Assembly: GCA_963666285.1 (NCBI GenBank)
Contig: OY762711.1
Source: Sedimentisphaerales bacterium
GTDB taxonomy: Bacteria; Planctomycetota; Phycisphaerae; Sedimentisphaerales; SM23-30
Direction: 5' to 3' (one strand)
Length of the DNA: 64,000 nucleotides
Positions 1 to 9,722 of the stretch are shown here, in pieces; position 1 is the first letter of the stretch, and each line of letters opens with the position of its first letter. A program made the position numbers and the translations under genes. The notes under the pieces were generated by a model, which was not told where the DNA came from, searched no databases, and saw nothing but the letters and a program-made list of their open reading frames with translations.

Positions 1-29
1 CAAAACAAAACTAAATTTTAGAGATTTTT

Positions 30-551
30 ATGTATCTTGAAACTGAAAGATTGATCATTCGTCCTCCAAAAGTTGAAGATTCTCTGGAAGCATATAATTT
101 TATGAAAAATGAACAGGCAACTAGATTTGTAGGAGGCCAGACAAATCTTAAATTTAAAGAGTTTGATGTTAAATTTAAGATATTATGTAAAAAATATACT
201 ACTAATAGTATTTATGAATATTCAGTGGAATTAAAAGAAACAAATAAATACATTGGCTACAGTGGATTTCAAGATTGTGACATTTTGCATGATACAGCCT
301 TAATATATGGTCTTAAGCCCGAATACTGGGGTTTGGGGTATGGTTTTGAAGCTGCAAATATAACCTTGGAGTACGGTTTTAAACAATTGAAGTTGAAGCA
401 AATAAAAACAGCAGTTCATCCCGCTAATCGATCATCAGAACAAATATTAAGAAAACTGGGATTAAAATATACCGGTGAAATTGATTGGCCCAAGCAAGGA
501 ATTCTCAAAGTATATGCAATAACGAAAGAGGAATATGCTAAAGATAATTAA
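30..551 (+). CDS. GNAT family N-acetyltransferase (RimJ/RimL-like)
   Basis: LETERLIIRP N-terminus, YWGLGYGFEA acetyl-CoA-binding motif, N..S..IL.KLG motif. Confidence 0.9.
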   Translation: MYLETERLIIRPPKVEDSLEAYNFMKNEQATRFVGGQTNLKFKEFDVKFKILCKKYTTNSIYEYSVELKETNKYIGYSGFQDCDILHDTALIYGLKPEYWGLGYGFEAANITLEYGFKQLKLKQIKTAVHPANRSSEQILRKLGLKYTGEIDWPKQGILKVYAITKEEYAKDN

Positions 552-612
552 CGTTGATCCTTATTATCGAGAGGTGTTAGCATATTTTCAACCTTTAATA
601 GTTGCCAGCAAT

Positions 613-2037
613 TTACTTGAGGTTGATGAGATAATTATGTATTTTTGAGGCAGCTTTTTTGCCATCACCCATCGCAAGAATAACAGTAGCGGCACCGCGA
701 ACTATATCACCACCGGCAAATACTCCGGGCATACTGGTCATTCCATTTTCGTTGGTAGTTATGTAACCTTTATCGTTCAGGTTTAATTCCGGGGTGGCAG
801 CGGTAAGGATCGGGTTGGCTTTTATACCAATAGCCATAACAACCTGGTCACATTCGATCACAAATTCAGAGTTTTCAATCGGTACCGGTTTACATCTGCC
901 TGAAGAATCCGGTTCGCCAAGCTGCATTTTCATACATTTCAGACCCCTGACCCAGCCATCATCATTACCGAGCACTTCAAGCGGGTCGGTAAGGAAGCTC
1001 AGGATAACACCCTCCTGCTCGGCATGATGAATTTCCTCGGCACGAGCGGGCATTTGATCGCGATCTCGTCGGTAAACCAAATACGATTTTTCAGAACCAA
1101 GCCTAAGGCTGGTGCGGACAGCGTCCATAGCGGTATTGCCTCCACCAACAACGCATACATTTTTACCAGCAGTTACGGGTGTATCAGAATTGCACTCGTA
1201 AGCACCCATCAAATTGTTACGGGTAAGATATTCGTTAGCAGAATATACCCCCTTCAGGTTTTCGCCGGGTATCCCCATAAAACTCGGCAAACCGGCACCA
1301 TTTGCAATGAAAACTGCGGAATATCCTTCTTCCTGGATAAGTTCACTTATCTTAACAGTTCGCCCTACGATAACATTCGTTTCAAAAGTAACACCAGAAG
1401 CTTTTAGCTGGTTAATCTCAGATTCGACAATATCATTTGGCAGCCTGAACTCCGGTATGCCATAGATAAGAACACCACCGGACTTGTGGAAAGCCTCAAA
1501 TACCCTTACCTTGTAGCCCAGTCGAGCCAGTTCCCCGGCACAAGAAAGGCCGGCAGGCCCTGCGCCAACAACTGCAACCTTTATTAGATCATCTTTTTCC
1601 TGGGAAAGAGCAGCAGTAGGGTTAATTGAACACTCCTGCTGAGCAAGAGAATCGGCAGCAAAACGTTCGAGCCATCCAATAGCAACAGAACAATCGACCT
1701 TGCCGCGAACACAGTTCATCTGGCATTGATTCTCCTGGGGACAAACTCTACCAGTGACAGCAGGCAGACTGTTTGACAGGCGAATCAGCTTGGCAGCATC
1801 GACAAATTTTCTTTCTGCAACAAGTTTTAAGAAGCCAGGAATATTGACACCCACGGGACAATCCTTGATACAAGGTGCGTTTTTACACTGAAGGCATCTT
1901 TGAGCTTCCAGAACGGCCTGTTCCTGGGAAAGGCCAAGGTTAACTTCCTTGAAGTCCCCTCGTCTTTCAAGCGGGTCACGTTCGGGCATATGCTGAAGAG
2001 GAATGCCGAGTCTTTCTTTTTTGGTTAATTCGGTCAT
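613..2037 (-). CDS. nfnB: NfnB/SudA-type FAD/Fe-S oxidoreductase (GltD-like; large subunit of NADH-dependent ferredoxin:NADP+ oxidoreductase)
   Basis: EAQRCLQCKNAPC..CP Fe-S motif, GRVCPQENQC, GAGPAG, GGGNTAMD, FAGGDIVRG; start moved to ATG 2037 (MTELTKKERL) because the longer ORF overlaps the upstream gene. Confidence 0.85.
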   Translation of the reverse strand: MTELTKKERLGIPLQHMPERDPLERRGDFKEVNLGLSQEQAVLEAQRCLQCKNAPCIKDCPVGVNIPGFLKLVAERKFVDAAKLIRLSNSLPAVTGRVCPQENQCQMNCVRGKVDCSVAIGWLERFAADSLAQQECSINPTAALSQEKDDLIKVAVVGAGPAGLSCAGELARLGYKVRVFEAFHKSGGVLIYGIPEFRLPNDIVESEINQLKASGVTFETNVIVGRTVKISELIQEEGYSAVFIANGAGLPSFMGIPGENLKGVYSANEYLTRNNLMGAYECNSDTPVTAGKNVCVVGGGNTAMDAVRTSLRLGSEKSYLVYRRDRDQMPARAEEIHHAEQEGVILSFLTDPLEVLGNDDGWVRGLKCMKMQLGEPDSSGRCKPVPIENSEFVIECDQVVMAIGIKANPILTAATPELNLNDKGYITTNENGMTSMPGVFAGGDIVRGAATVILAMGDGKKAASKIHNYLINLK

Positions 2038-2047
2038 AATAATAGAA

Positions 2048-2929
2048 CTATTTATCGTCAAGTCTACAGGTATGTTTATGTTCGTAGTTATATAGTTCCC
2101 GCGACTCGTGATCTTTATAGGTTGAAAGACGGCCAATAAGCTCATCAAAATCAACAGAATGGCCATCGAATTCCGGACCGTCAACACAGGCGAATTTAGT
2201 TTCGCCATTTATCGTTACGCGACAACCACCACACATACCGGTACCGTCAACCATAATCGGGTTAAGTGAAACGATGGTTTTTATCCCGAGCGGACGGGTA
2301 ACATCGCAAACGGCTTTCATCATAACGACAGGGCCTGCGGTATAGACAGCGGCAACAGAGCCATTTCCTTTGAGTTGTTCAACGAGATCGGCAAGAGCGT
2401 CTGTAACAAATCCCTGTCGACCAGCAGAACCATCATTGGTAGTGCAGATAACCTCTTCACTAACAGCACCAAGCCGGTCGGTCATAAGCAATAGTTCTTT
2501 ACTGCGAGCACCGACAATGCTAATAATTCGATTACCGATTTTTTTAAGGGCAACAGCCTGCGGATAGACAACAGCAGTCCCAAGCCCACCGCCAACAACA
2601 ACTACAACAGGCTCTTTGCCGGGTTCTACGGGTTGGTATTTCTTAATTTCACTAGGCTCGCCAAGCGGACCGGCAACATCCTGCATAAAATCGCCAATAC
2701 CAAGGGTACTCATCTCTTTAGTTGTCTTGCCAACAATCTGAGCGATAAGTGTAATGGTACCGGTATCTTTATTCACATCGGCAATAGTAAGTGGAATACG
2801 CTCAGAATGGTCAAATGGACGAATAATAACAAACTGGCCACAGTGCCTAGCCTTGGCAATACGAGGCGCTTCAATTTCGTATAATTCCATATTAAGACCG
2901 ACTGTACGACGATCTACAATTTTAAACAT
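2048..2929 (-). CDS. nfnA: NfnA/SudB-type FAD/NAD-binding [2Fe-2S] subunit (PyrK-like)
   Basis: GQFVI..ERIPLTIAD, GPLG, GGGLG, MVDGTGMCGGCRV..CVDGPEF; directly upstream of the GltD-like gene. Confidence 0.85.
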   Translation of the reverse strand: MFKIVDRRTVGLNMELYEIEAPRIAKARHCGQFVIIRPFDHSERIPLTIADVNKDTGTITLIAQIVGKTTKEMSTLGIGDFMQDVAGPLGEPSEIKKYQPVEPGKEPVVVVVGGGLGTAVVYPQAVALKKIGNRIISIVGARSKELLLMTDRLGAVSEEVICTTNDGSAGRQGFVTDALADLVEQLKGNGSVAAVYTAGPVVMMKAVCDVTRPLGIKTIVSLNPIMVDGTGMCGGCRVTINGETKFACVDGPEFDGHSVDFDELIGRLSTYKDHESRELYNYEHKHTCRLDDK

Positions 2930-3066
2930 CAGGCAAACCTATTTCTTTCAAGATATATACACGGTGTGTATGATTTTATCCGATTACTCGGAAGGTAAGT
3001 AATAATAATGTAATTATTTATGCCACGCTCGAACGGGGGTTTTCACCTCTTAATTTTGATATAGTT

Positions 3067-3948
3067 TTATTTCCAAATCTGCAGTTCGAGTTCCAGCTCA
3101 ACGCCAAATCTCTCATTGATTTTTTCTATTACCAAATCAATCAGTTCGAGGACATCTTTACTAGTAGCACCAGATTCCACAACAATGAAATTAGCATGAC
3201 GTTCGCTGACAATAGCCCCGCCAACCCTGGTACCTTTTAGCCCAGCCTTGTCAATAAGAGCACCGGCAGACATAGCACGCGGATTTTTGAAAACACAACC
3301 CGCATTTCTTGTATCCATAGGCTGAGAGGATTTTTTGAGCATCCATACTTCCTTAATGAGCTGTCCGATACGTTCTGGGTCGTCAGGAGCAAGATGAAAC
3401 TCTGCAGCGGTAATAAACCTTGCAGTGATATTACTCATACGATACCCGAAATAAAGTTCGTTAGCCTGCCAAGTAAATTCATACCCGCTGGAATCGATCA
3501 GGTCGACCGACTTGGTAAGAGACCCGATATCACCGAACCTGCCACCGGCATTGATCTTCAACGCACCGCCAACAGTGCCGGGGATACCAGCCATACATTC
3601 CATCCCGCCAAGCCCCTGCCTGGCAGATTCACGGAGCAGATGGCTCATAGAAACCCCTGCGCCAGCCTTGACGATATCACCGTTAAATTCAATCTTCTTG
3701 AAGCATTCGCTGGAAAGAGAAACAACAGCACCATCAACACCAGCATCATCGATAAGCAGATTTGATCCACCACCCAAGACATAAATATCAATATTATTTT
3801 CGTGACATCTCTTAATAACATCCAACAACTGGTCGTAATTGTCCGGTTCAATAAAATATTTGGCCGGTCCGCCAAGTTTATACCAAGTATATTCGGCAAG
3901 AGAGACATCAGTTTTTACAATCTGATCCAAATTTTCGAATAAGTTCAT
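3067..3948 (-). CDS. murB: UDP-N-acetylenolpyruvoylglucosamine reductase
   Basis: GGGSNLL, GIPGTVGGA..NAG, AGCVFKNP, SERHANFIV. Confidence 0.95.
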   Translation of the reverse strand: MNLFENLDQIVKTDVSLAEYTWYKLGGPAKYFIEPDNYDQLLDVIKRCHENNIDIYVLGGGSNLLIDDAGVDGAVVSLSSECFKKIEFNGDIVKAGAGVSMSHLLRESARQGLGGMECMAGIPGTVGGALKINAGGRFGDIGSLTKSVDLIDSSGYEFTWQANELYFGYRMSNITARFITAAEFHLAPDDPERIGQLIKEVWMLKKSSQPMDTRNAGCVFKNPRAMSAGALIDKAGLKGTRVGGAIVSERHANFIVVESGATSKDVLELIDLVIEKINERFGVELELELQIWK

Positions 3949-5284
3949 CGGCTACTTTCCATATATTACCTGCGCCCATTGTGACAATCAGGTCACCAGG
4001 CTCTGCATCGTTACATAATTTTTCGATAATCAAATCAAAATCAGCGATATATTCCGCTGATCCGCCGGAAGCGTTGATTTTATCAGCCAACTGACCGGCA
4101 CTAACATCCTTCTTACTTTGCTGAGAATCTCTGACAAAGTAAATATCCGGCAGAACAACTCTATCTGCCCTGCCAAAGCTAACAGCAAAATCGTCCAGGA
4201 AAAACCTGGTCCGACTATGCTGATGGGGCTGAAAGACGCACCAAAGTTTTTTCGGCTTGTAAGCCGCCCTGATGGCTTCCAGAGTCACTTTAATTTCAGT
4301 CGGATGATGGGCATAATCGTCCAAAACGGTCACGCCTCGAGCCATACCTTTATAACTCATCCTGCGTCCGACTCCAACAAAATTTTCCAAACACTGCGAT
4401 ATTATAGCAGGTTCAATCCCCTTTCTATAACATAAGCCCGCTATTGCCAATGAGTTAGCTACATTAAACAGCCCTGGCAGGCCCAGCTTAACTTTTTCAA
4501 GGAATTCACCTTTATAGGTTAAATCATAATAAGCGTAACCATCTTTGAAATCAAGATTTAATGCCTGCCAATGAGCATTTCCAGAAACACTGAAAAACTC
4601 ACAGTCGCATTTCAATCCATCAGTAATTTTTAAAACGTTATTATCCTCGGCATTGGCAATCAGGTAGCCGCCAGGGCCAAGGATATTGGCAAAATCCTTG
4701 AAAGCCTCAACAATCTCATCTTCATTTTTATAATAGTCGAGATGGTCAGCTTCTATATTGAGTATAGCAGCAAGTTTAGGCCTGAGATTTAAAAAAGAGC
4801 GATCATATTCGCAAGCTTCGACGATAAGGTCCGGCCCAACACCAGCACCACTACCACCGCCAAGCTGAGAGACGTCAGCACCTATAACAAAGCTGGGATC
4901 TTTGGAAGCCTGCTTGAAAGCATATGCCGTCCAACCGCTGGTAGTACTTTTACCGTGCGTGCCAGTAATAGCGATTGTTTCCAACTCGGCACTGAGCTTG
5001 CCGAGGGCCTCTGCATATTTGAGTACAGGAATCTTTTTCTTACGAACAAGTTTTAGTTCTTCGTTAGTTTCAGGGATGGCGGCACTAATAACGACCATTT
5101 CAACATCGTCCGGAACAGCTTCCTTACAATGCCCGATAGAAACAGGAATATTTCTGCGTCCCAACAGATCAATGACTTCGGAAGATTCCATATCACTGCC
5201 AGTGACTTTATGACCGTGCTGATGAAACACCTGGGCAAGGCCACTCATACCGCATCCGCCAATACCTATAAAATGATAATTCAC
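3908..5284 (-). CDS. murC: UDP-N-acetylmuramate--L-alanine ligase
   Basis: HFIGIGGCGMSGLA, GTHGKSTT, VEACEYD, DDYAHHPTE, FQPH; GTG start with AAGGAAG RBS; overlaps murB start by 41 bp. Confidence 0.95.
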   Translation of the reverse strand: MNYHFIGIGGCGMSGLAQVFHQHGHKVTGSDMESSEVIDLLGRRNIPVSIGHCKEAVPDDVEMVVISAAIPETNEELKLVRKKKIPVLKYAEALGKLSAELETIAITGTHGKSTTSGWTAYAFKQASKDPSFVIGADVSQLGGGSGAGVGPDLIVEACEYDRSFLNLRPKLAAILNIEADHLDYYKNEDEIVEAFKDFANILGPGGYLIANAEDNNVLKITDGLKCDCEFFSVSGNAHWQALNLDFKDGYAYYDLTYKGEFLEKVKLGLPGLFNVANSLAIAGLCYRKGIEPAIISQCLENFVGVGRRMSYKGMARGVTVLDDYAHHPTEIKVTLEAIRAAYKPKKLWCVFQPHQHSRTRFFLDDFAVSFGRADRVVLPDIYFVRDSQQSKKDVSAGQLADKINASGGSAEYIADFDLIIEKLCNDAEPGDLIVTMGAGNIWKVADELIRKFGSDCKN

Positions 5285-5355
5285 TTATTACGCTTCCTTG
5301 CGTCTAAAAATCCATATATTTCAATAACACTTAATTCAGGTAATTAACCCCTAAA

Positions 5356-6735
5356 TTATGACAGTTTTTTTGACCAATATTTCAGCTGAGCTTTTAATTG
5401 TTTAGCTCCGCCGGCACCAATAGTCTTGTATGATTTTGTAACATTTATCGGGTCAAGTGCCTTATACACGCCATTGTCTGCCTTAGGACATTCACCCTGA
5501 AAATGCTCTAAAGACAAATCAGCCAGCTTAATGCCATGCTGTTCACATCTGGCAACAAGTTTGCCGACAGATTGATGGGACTGCCTGAAAGGAACCCCGC
5601 AAGTAACAAAATACTCGGCAAGTGCAGTGGCGTCAAGGAAGCCCTTGTCAAGGCCGTTACCGATCCTGTCACCAATAAAGTTGGTGTTTTCAGCCATAGC
5701 GGCCATGATAGTAAGCGAGGCCCTGAGAGTGTCGACGGCATCGAACATTCTTTCTTTATCTTCCTGCATATCACGGTTATATGCCAATGGCTGGCCCTTC
5801 ATCATGGTAAGCAGCGAGACAAGCGATCCGTAAACGCGTCCGGTTTTGCCACGGATAAGCTCAAGCATGTCCGGATTGCGTTTCTGAGGCATCATGCTAC
5901 TACTGGTACAGAAAGCATCAGAGATTTTGATAAACCCAAACTCTTCGGACATATAAATAATCCAGTCTTCGGCAAGCCTGGAGAGGTGCATAGCAGCGGT
6001 AGAGCAACAGAAGACAAGTTCGATACAGAAGTCACGATCACTAATACTGTCAATACTATTCCTGGTAATGGCGGGGAAAGCAAGCAGCTCAGCGGTTTTT
6101 TTTCTGTTGAGGTCCAGAGTACTTCCGGCGAGAGCACCGCTACCTATAGGCGAAACATTTATTCTTTTGTAAGCATCTTCAAGACGCTGGATATCACGAT
6201 CAAACATTTCGACAAAAGCGAGAATATAATGACCAGCCAGAATCGGCTGAGCCCTTTGCATGTGTGTATAACCAGGCATTACAACCTGTCCATCTTTTTC
6301 GGCAAGGCCAACCAATGAAATCTGGAGCTGTCGGAGCAGGTCGATAATAATTTCGACCTCATCCCTGGCCCAAAGCCGCATATCCAAGGCAACCTGATCA
6401 TTTCTGCTACGGCCGGTATGCAGTTTTTTGCCAACATCACCGATCTTATTTATCAGAGCATCCTCAACAACCATATGTATATCTTCACAGGATTTATCAT
6501 ATTTGAATTTGCCGGATTCCATCTCATCGGCAATCTCAAAAAGGCCCTTTTTTATCTGGGAGAATTCCTTTTTAGTTAGAAACCCCTGCTCGGTAAGCAT
6601 TTCAGCATGGGCAATACTGCCAACAATGTCATATTTGTATAATCTTTTGTCGTAACTGATAGACTCGACAAAATCTATCGCAAGTTCATCCTGGGCTACA
6701 GCCATCCGGCTCTGCCAACTTTTATCTTTAGCCAT
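5356..6735 (-). CDS. argH: Argininosuccinate lyase
   Basis: KLHTGRSRNDQ, PGYTHMQRAQP, SSMMPQKRNPD signature. Confidence 0.97.
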   Translation of the reverse strand: MAKDKSWQSRMAVAQDELAIDFVESISYDKRLYKYDIVGSIAHAEMLTEQGFLTKKEFSQIKKGLFEIADEMESGKFKYDKSCEDIHMVVEDALINKIGDVGKKLHTGRSRNDQVALDMRLWARDEVEIIIDLLRQLQISLVGLAEKDGQVVMPGYTHMQRAQPILAGHYILAFVEMFDRDIQRLEDAYKRINVSPIGSGALAGSTLDLNRKKTAELLAFPAITRNSIDSISDRDFCIELVFCCSTAAMHLSRLAEDWIIYMSEEFGFIKISDAFCTSSSMMPQKRNPDMLELIRGKTGRVYGSLVSLLTMMKGQPLAYNRDMQEDKERMFDAVDTLRASLTIMAAMAENTNFIGDRIGNGLDKGFLDATALAEYFVTCGVPFRQSHQSVGKLVARCEQHGIKLADLSLEHFQGECPKADNGVYKALDPINVTKSYKTIGAGGAKQLKAQLKYWSKKLS

Positions 6736-6798
6736 AATAGTTCTCTTAATACGTTTTCTTAATTAATTTTTTCAATAAGTAGAGCAATAAGTAACAAA

Positions 6799-6817
6799 TT
6801 AAAAACTGCGAAAGTTA
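6799..6817 (+). repeat. Solo copy of the terminal motif TTAAAAACTGCGAAAGTTA of the dispersed repeat
   Basis: Matches the right end of the repeats at 34363-34578 and 47871-48075. Confidence 0.6.
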
Positions 6818-6843
6818 TAACAATTATAAATCATAATGAAACA

Positions 6844-7380
6844 TTACGATTTAACCGTATTGATTCTTTTTTGAAGTTTGGAATTTATTTCAACCAAATG
6901 AGATTCAGAAAGAGAGTCATCATCGAGCAAATGCTTGAACAGCAATACTTTTGCACGAGTAGTTGTCAACCTGGAAATAGTTTCCAGTGAATCTCCATCA
7001 TCAGCTTCGTTAAGCAGTTCGGTATCGGACCAGGTACGCTCAATGAAAGCTCTCAGGGCGCGAGACTGTTCATATTGACGGGAACGAATAGATTCATAGC
7101 GATAGGCTCTTCTTTTGGAAGGTTGTTTACCATCGGAATCGTCAGAGTTCTCAGAAGAATTGTAAGTACCATTACGCTGCTTGATATGCCTGATAAAACC
7201 GGCTTTTTCAAGCTTCTGCATAACAGTAAGAATAGTGGTGTATGCCGGTTCACTATTTCGTATTTTAGCTACGACAGCGGCAACATCTTTAACTGTTACC
7301 TGGCCATTATCCCAGATAATATCCATAACAAGCCGCTGTAAATCTCCCAAATCATCTAAAGTTTTTGGTTTAACTGCCAT
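6844..7380 (-). CDS. BlaI/MecI/CopY family transcriptional regulator
   Basis: LGDLQRLVMDIIW..TVKDV..AYTTILTVMQKLEKAG..RAYRY winged-helix pattern, with low-complexity insertions. Confidence 0.85.
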   Translation of the reverse strand: MAVKPKTLDDLGDLQRLVMDIIWDNGQVTVKDVAAVVAKIRNSEPAYTTILTVMQKLEKAGFIRHIKQRNGTYNSSENSDDSDGKQPSKRRAYRYESIRSRQYEQSRALRAFIERTWSDTELLNEADDGDSLETISRLTTTRAKVLLFKHLLDDDSLSESHLVEINSKLQKRINTVKS

Positions 7381-7448
7381 TACTTTTCCTGTTACACTAA
7401 CAAATTACTCATTTCGCAATATTCAACATCTCCCCTGCTGACCCCACA

Positions 7449-7467
7449 CTACTACAAATTGTAGTAG
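7449..7467. promoter_or_regulatory. Palindromic operator candidate CTACTACAA-A-TTGTAGTAG (BlaI/MecI-like)
   Basis: Perfect 9-bp inverted repeat about 70 bp upstream of the BlaI-family gene; contains TACA-N3-TGTA versus the family consensus TACA-N2-TGTA. Confidence 0.6.
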
Positions 7468-7685
7468 AAAACAGAGCCGCCGTCAAGACAAAGATAGTAA
7501 ATATTGTTAAGAAAAGGATTTAATAGCGATATGAAACATAAAATATAAGTGAAAAGGAGATGTTGCACAGAAACCTTATGAATAAACGCCTTTGGAGGAA
7601 TAATCAGCGTGTTTAAGAGATTATAAATAAGGTCCAATGTTACTTGCGCTTGAAAAGTGGCGATGTAACCCTATAATATCTCGAT

Positions 7686-9302
7686 ATGAAACAAGGAATG
7701 TTTAATTTCGAAGATGATGAACCACAAAAGGAAAGTAAGCCTGAGGTAAAATCGCAAGCAGAAAAGCCGCAGGAAGTGGAAAGTATGCCGGAGAAAAAGA
7801 CCGTCGAAGTAAAAAAAGAGAAGGTTAAAAAGGCAGAACCGAAGGTATATTCAGTTACCTACCTTAACAGGGAAATCAAATTTGCCTTATCAAACCTGTT
7901 TCCATCAAGGATATTAGTTGAAGGCGAAATATCCAACTTTAAGCAGCACGGAAGCGGCCATTTATATTTTTCACTGAAGGATGAAGGAAGTGCAATATTA
8001 GCTGCGATGTGGCGCAGCAGTGTAAGCAAGTTGAAATTTGAACCGGAAAACGGAATGGCAGTAATAGCAACGGCCCGTGTCGAAGTATATGAGCCGCAAG
8101 GCAAATACCAGCTGATAGTAGAAAAGCTGGAACCGGCAGGGATAGGTGCTTTGGAGCTGGCATTCCGGCAAATGGCTGAGAAGCTTAAAAATGAAGGACT
8201 GTTTGAACCGGAACATAAAAAAGAACTGCCGCGATATCCAATGACGATTGCTATTGTTACAAGCGGAACAGGTGCAGCTGTAAAGGATATATGCCAGACA
8301 CTGGGCAGAAGATGGCCATTTGCCAGGAAACTGCTGTACCCGGTAGCAGTGCAAGGTCCAGAAGCAGCAGGCGAGATATCGGCAGCAATTTATGACATAA
8401 ACAAACGCAAAGAAGAGCTGGGCGGAATAGATGTGATGATAGTGGGCCGAGGCGGCGGTAGCCTGGAAGATCTATGGCCATTTAACGAGGAGCCGGTTGC
8501 CCGAGCAATATTTGCATCGGAAATACCTGTGATAAGTGGTGTAGGCCATGAGATAGATACAACGATAGCCGACCTGGTAGCGGATATGCGAGCGGCTACC
8601 CCTACGGCAGCTGCGGAACTGGCAGTACCGGTGGCGGAGGAAGAGCTATCAGACCTGGCAGAATATGCCAGGGCAATTACCTTTGATATAAAAACAGCGA
8701 TCAAGCAGGCTAATGATGTAATAGAAAGTTTGATCGGCAGGCCATTTTTCAGTAACCCGATGTCGATGCTGGATGTACCAAGACAGTCGCTGGATGAAAC
8801 TCAAACCAGGCTGTCTCACGCGATGGCGACGAACCTGGCGAAATACCGGCGAGAGCTGGACAGGTTTGAAGGAATTCTGAAAAAGATCGAGCCACACAGC
8901 CGGATAGGTAATTTGAAGCTGGAGATAGAAAACGCCAAACACAAGCTAGAGAGGCTAACCAAACAGTCTATAGATAACCGGGGAAAAGTTCTTGACGGAT
9001 ATAACCTGAGAATGGAACGCAGGTTGCCATTGAATGAAGTTAAAATGAGCGGCCAAAAACTTGACCATGTGGCCGCAAACATGCATTATGCGATTAGGAA
9101 GAATTTGTCAGAGAAGACAAAAGAACTGGAGCAATATCGTAAACTGCTTAACAATCTGGATCATAGAAAAGTTTTAAAACGCGGGTACAGCCTGACCAGG
9201 AACAGTGATGGCAAGGTAATTGACAGTATATATAAGGTAAAAACCGGCGATATAATTAAGACCGAGCTGGCAGATGGAAGCGTAGAAAGCATAGCTAAGT
9301 AA
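7686..9302 (+). CDS. xseA: Exodeoxyribonuclease VII large subunit
   Basis: VEGEISNF..SGHLYFSLKDE, GRGGGSLEDLWPFNEE, GVGHEID, TPTAAAE, LKRGYS. Confidence 0.95.
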   Translation: MKQGMFNFEDDEPQKESKPEVKSQAEKPQEVESMPEKKTVEVKKEKVKKAEPKVYSVTYLNREIKFALSNLFPSRILVEGEISNFKQHGSGHLYFSLKDEGSAILAAMWRSSVSKLKFEPENGMAVIATARVEVYEPQGKYQLIVEKLEPAGIGALELAFRQMAEKLKNEGLFEPEHKKELPRYPMTIAIVTSGTGAAVKDICQTLGRRWPFARKLLYPVAVQGPEAAGEISAAIYDINKRKEELGGIDVMIVGRGGGSLEDLWPFNEEPVARAIFASEIPVISGVGHEIDTTIADLVADMRAATPTAAAELAVPVAEEELSDLAEYARAITFDIKTAIKQANDVIESLIGRPFFSNPMSMLDVPRQSLDETQTRLSHAMATNLAKYRRELDRFEGILKKIEPHSRIGNLKLEIENAKHKLERLTKQSIDNRGKVLDGYNLRMERRLPLNEVKMSGQKLDHVAANMHYAIRKNLSEKTKELEQYRKLLNNLDHRKVLKRGYSLTRNSDGKVIDSIYKVKTGDIIKTELADGSVESIAK

Positions 9303-9310
9303 ATATTTAG

Positions 9311-9334
9311 AACTAAAAAGCTGCGAAAGTTAAC
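9311..9334 (+). repeat. Solo copy of the terminal motif AACTAAAAAGCTGCGAAAGTTAAC
   Basis: Near-identical to 48052-48075 and 34555-34578; lies between xseA and xseB. Confidence 0.6.
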
Positions 9335-9358
9335 AATATAGATACAGGAATAAATAAT

Positions 9359-9562
9359 ATGGCTGAAAATGAACAAAAGAAAAGTTTTGAAGAGATAAAG
9401 GCTGAACTGGAAAAGATAGTAACTGACATCGAGCAGGGAAATGTGCCGCTGGAAAAAAGTATCGAGCAGTACGCCAAAGGCATGAAGCTATATGAAATGG
9501 GACGGGAGATATTGACCCAGGCAGAGAAGGAAATTGAAAAGATTTCAAAAAAACAGGCATAA
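9359..9562 (+). CDS. xseB: Exodeoxyribonuclease VII small subunit
   Basis: SFEE...ELEKIV..IEQG.VPLEKSI..Y..G..L; follows xseA. Confidence 0.93.
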   Translation: MAENEQKKSFEEIKAELEKIVTDIEQGNVPLEKSIEQYAKGMKLYEMGREILTQAEKEIEKISKKQA

Positions 9563-9722
9563 GGCATATCCTGAATAATTCATAATGTAAAATTATGAAT
9601 TAACAGCATTTTATAAGAAACTTAATTCTTTGCATACGTTCATGGCAATCCCATATTTCGATATACTAAATTCAAGATGTTACAGAAAGACTCTCTTATA
9701 AGAGAATTTAGTATCAGGAAAA

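Noticed and set aside
546..583. attC-like site after the GNAT gene (AATTAAC..GTTAGCA)
   Set aside because: Only about 37 bp, poor internal complementarity, no integrase in the window
2038..2208. 5' extension of the 613-2208 ORF
   Set aside because: Overlaps nfnA in another frame; family similarity begins at the Met at 2037
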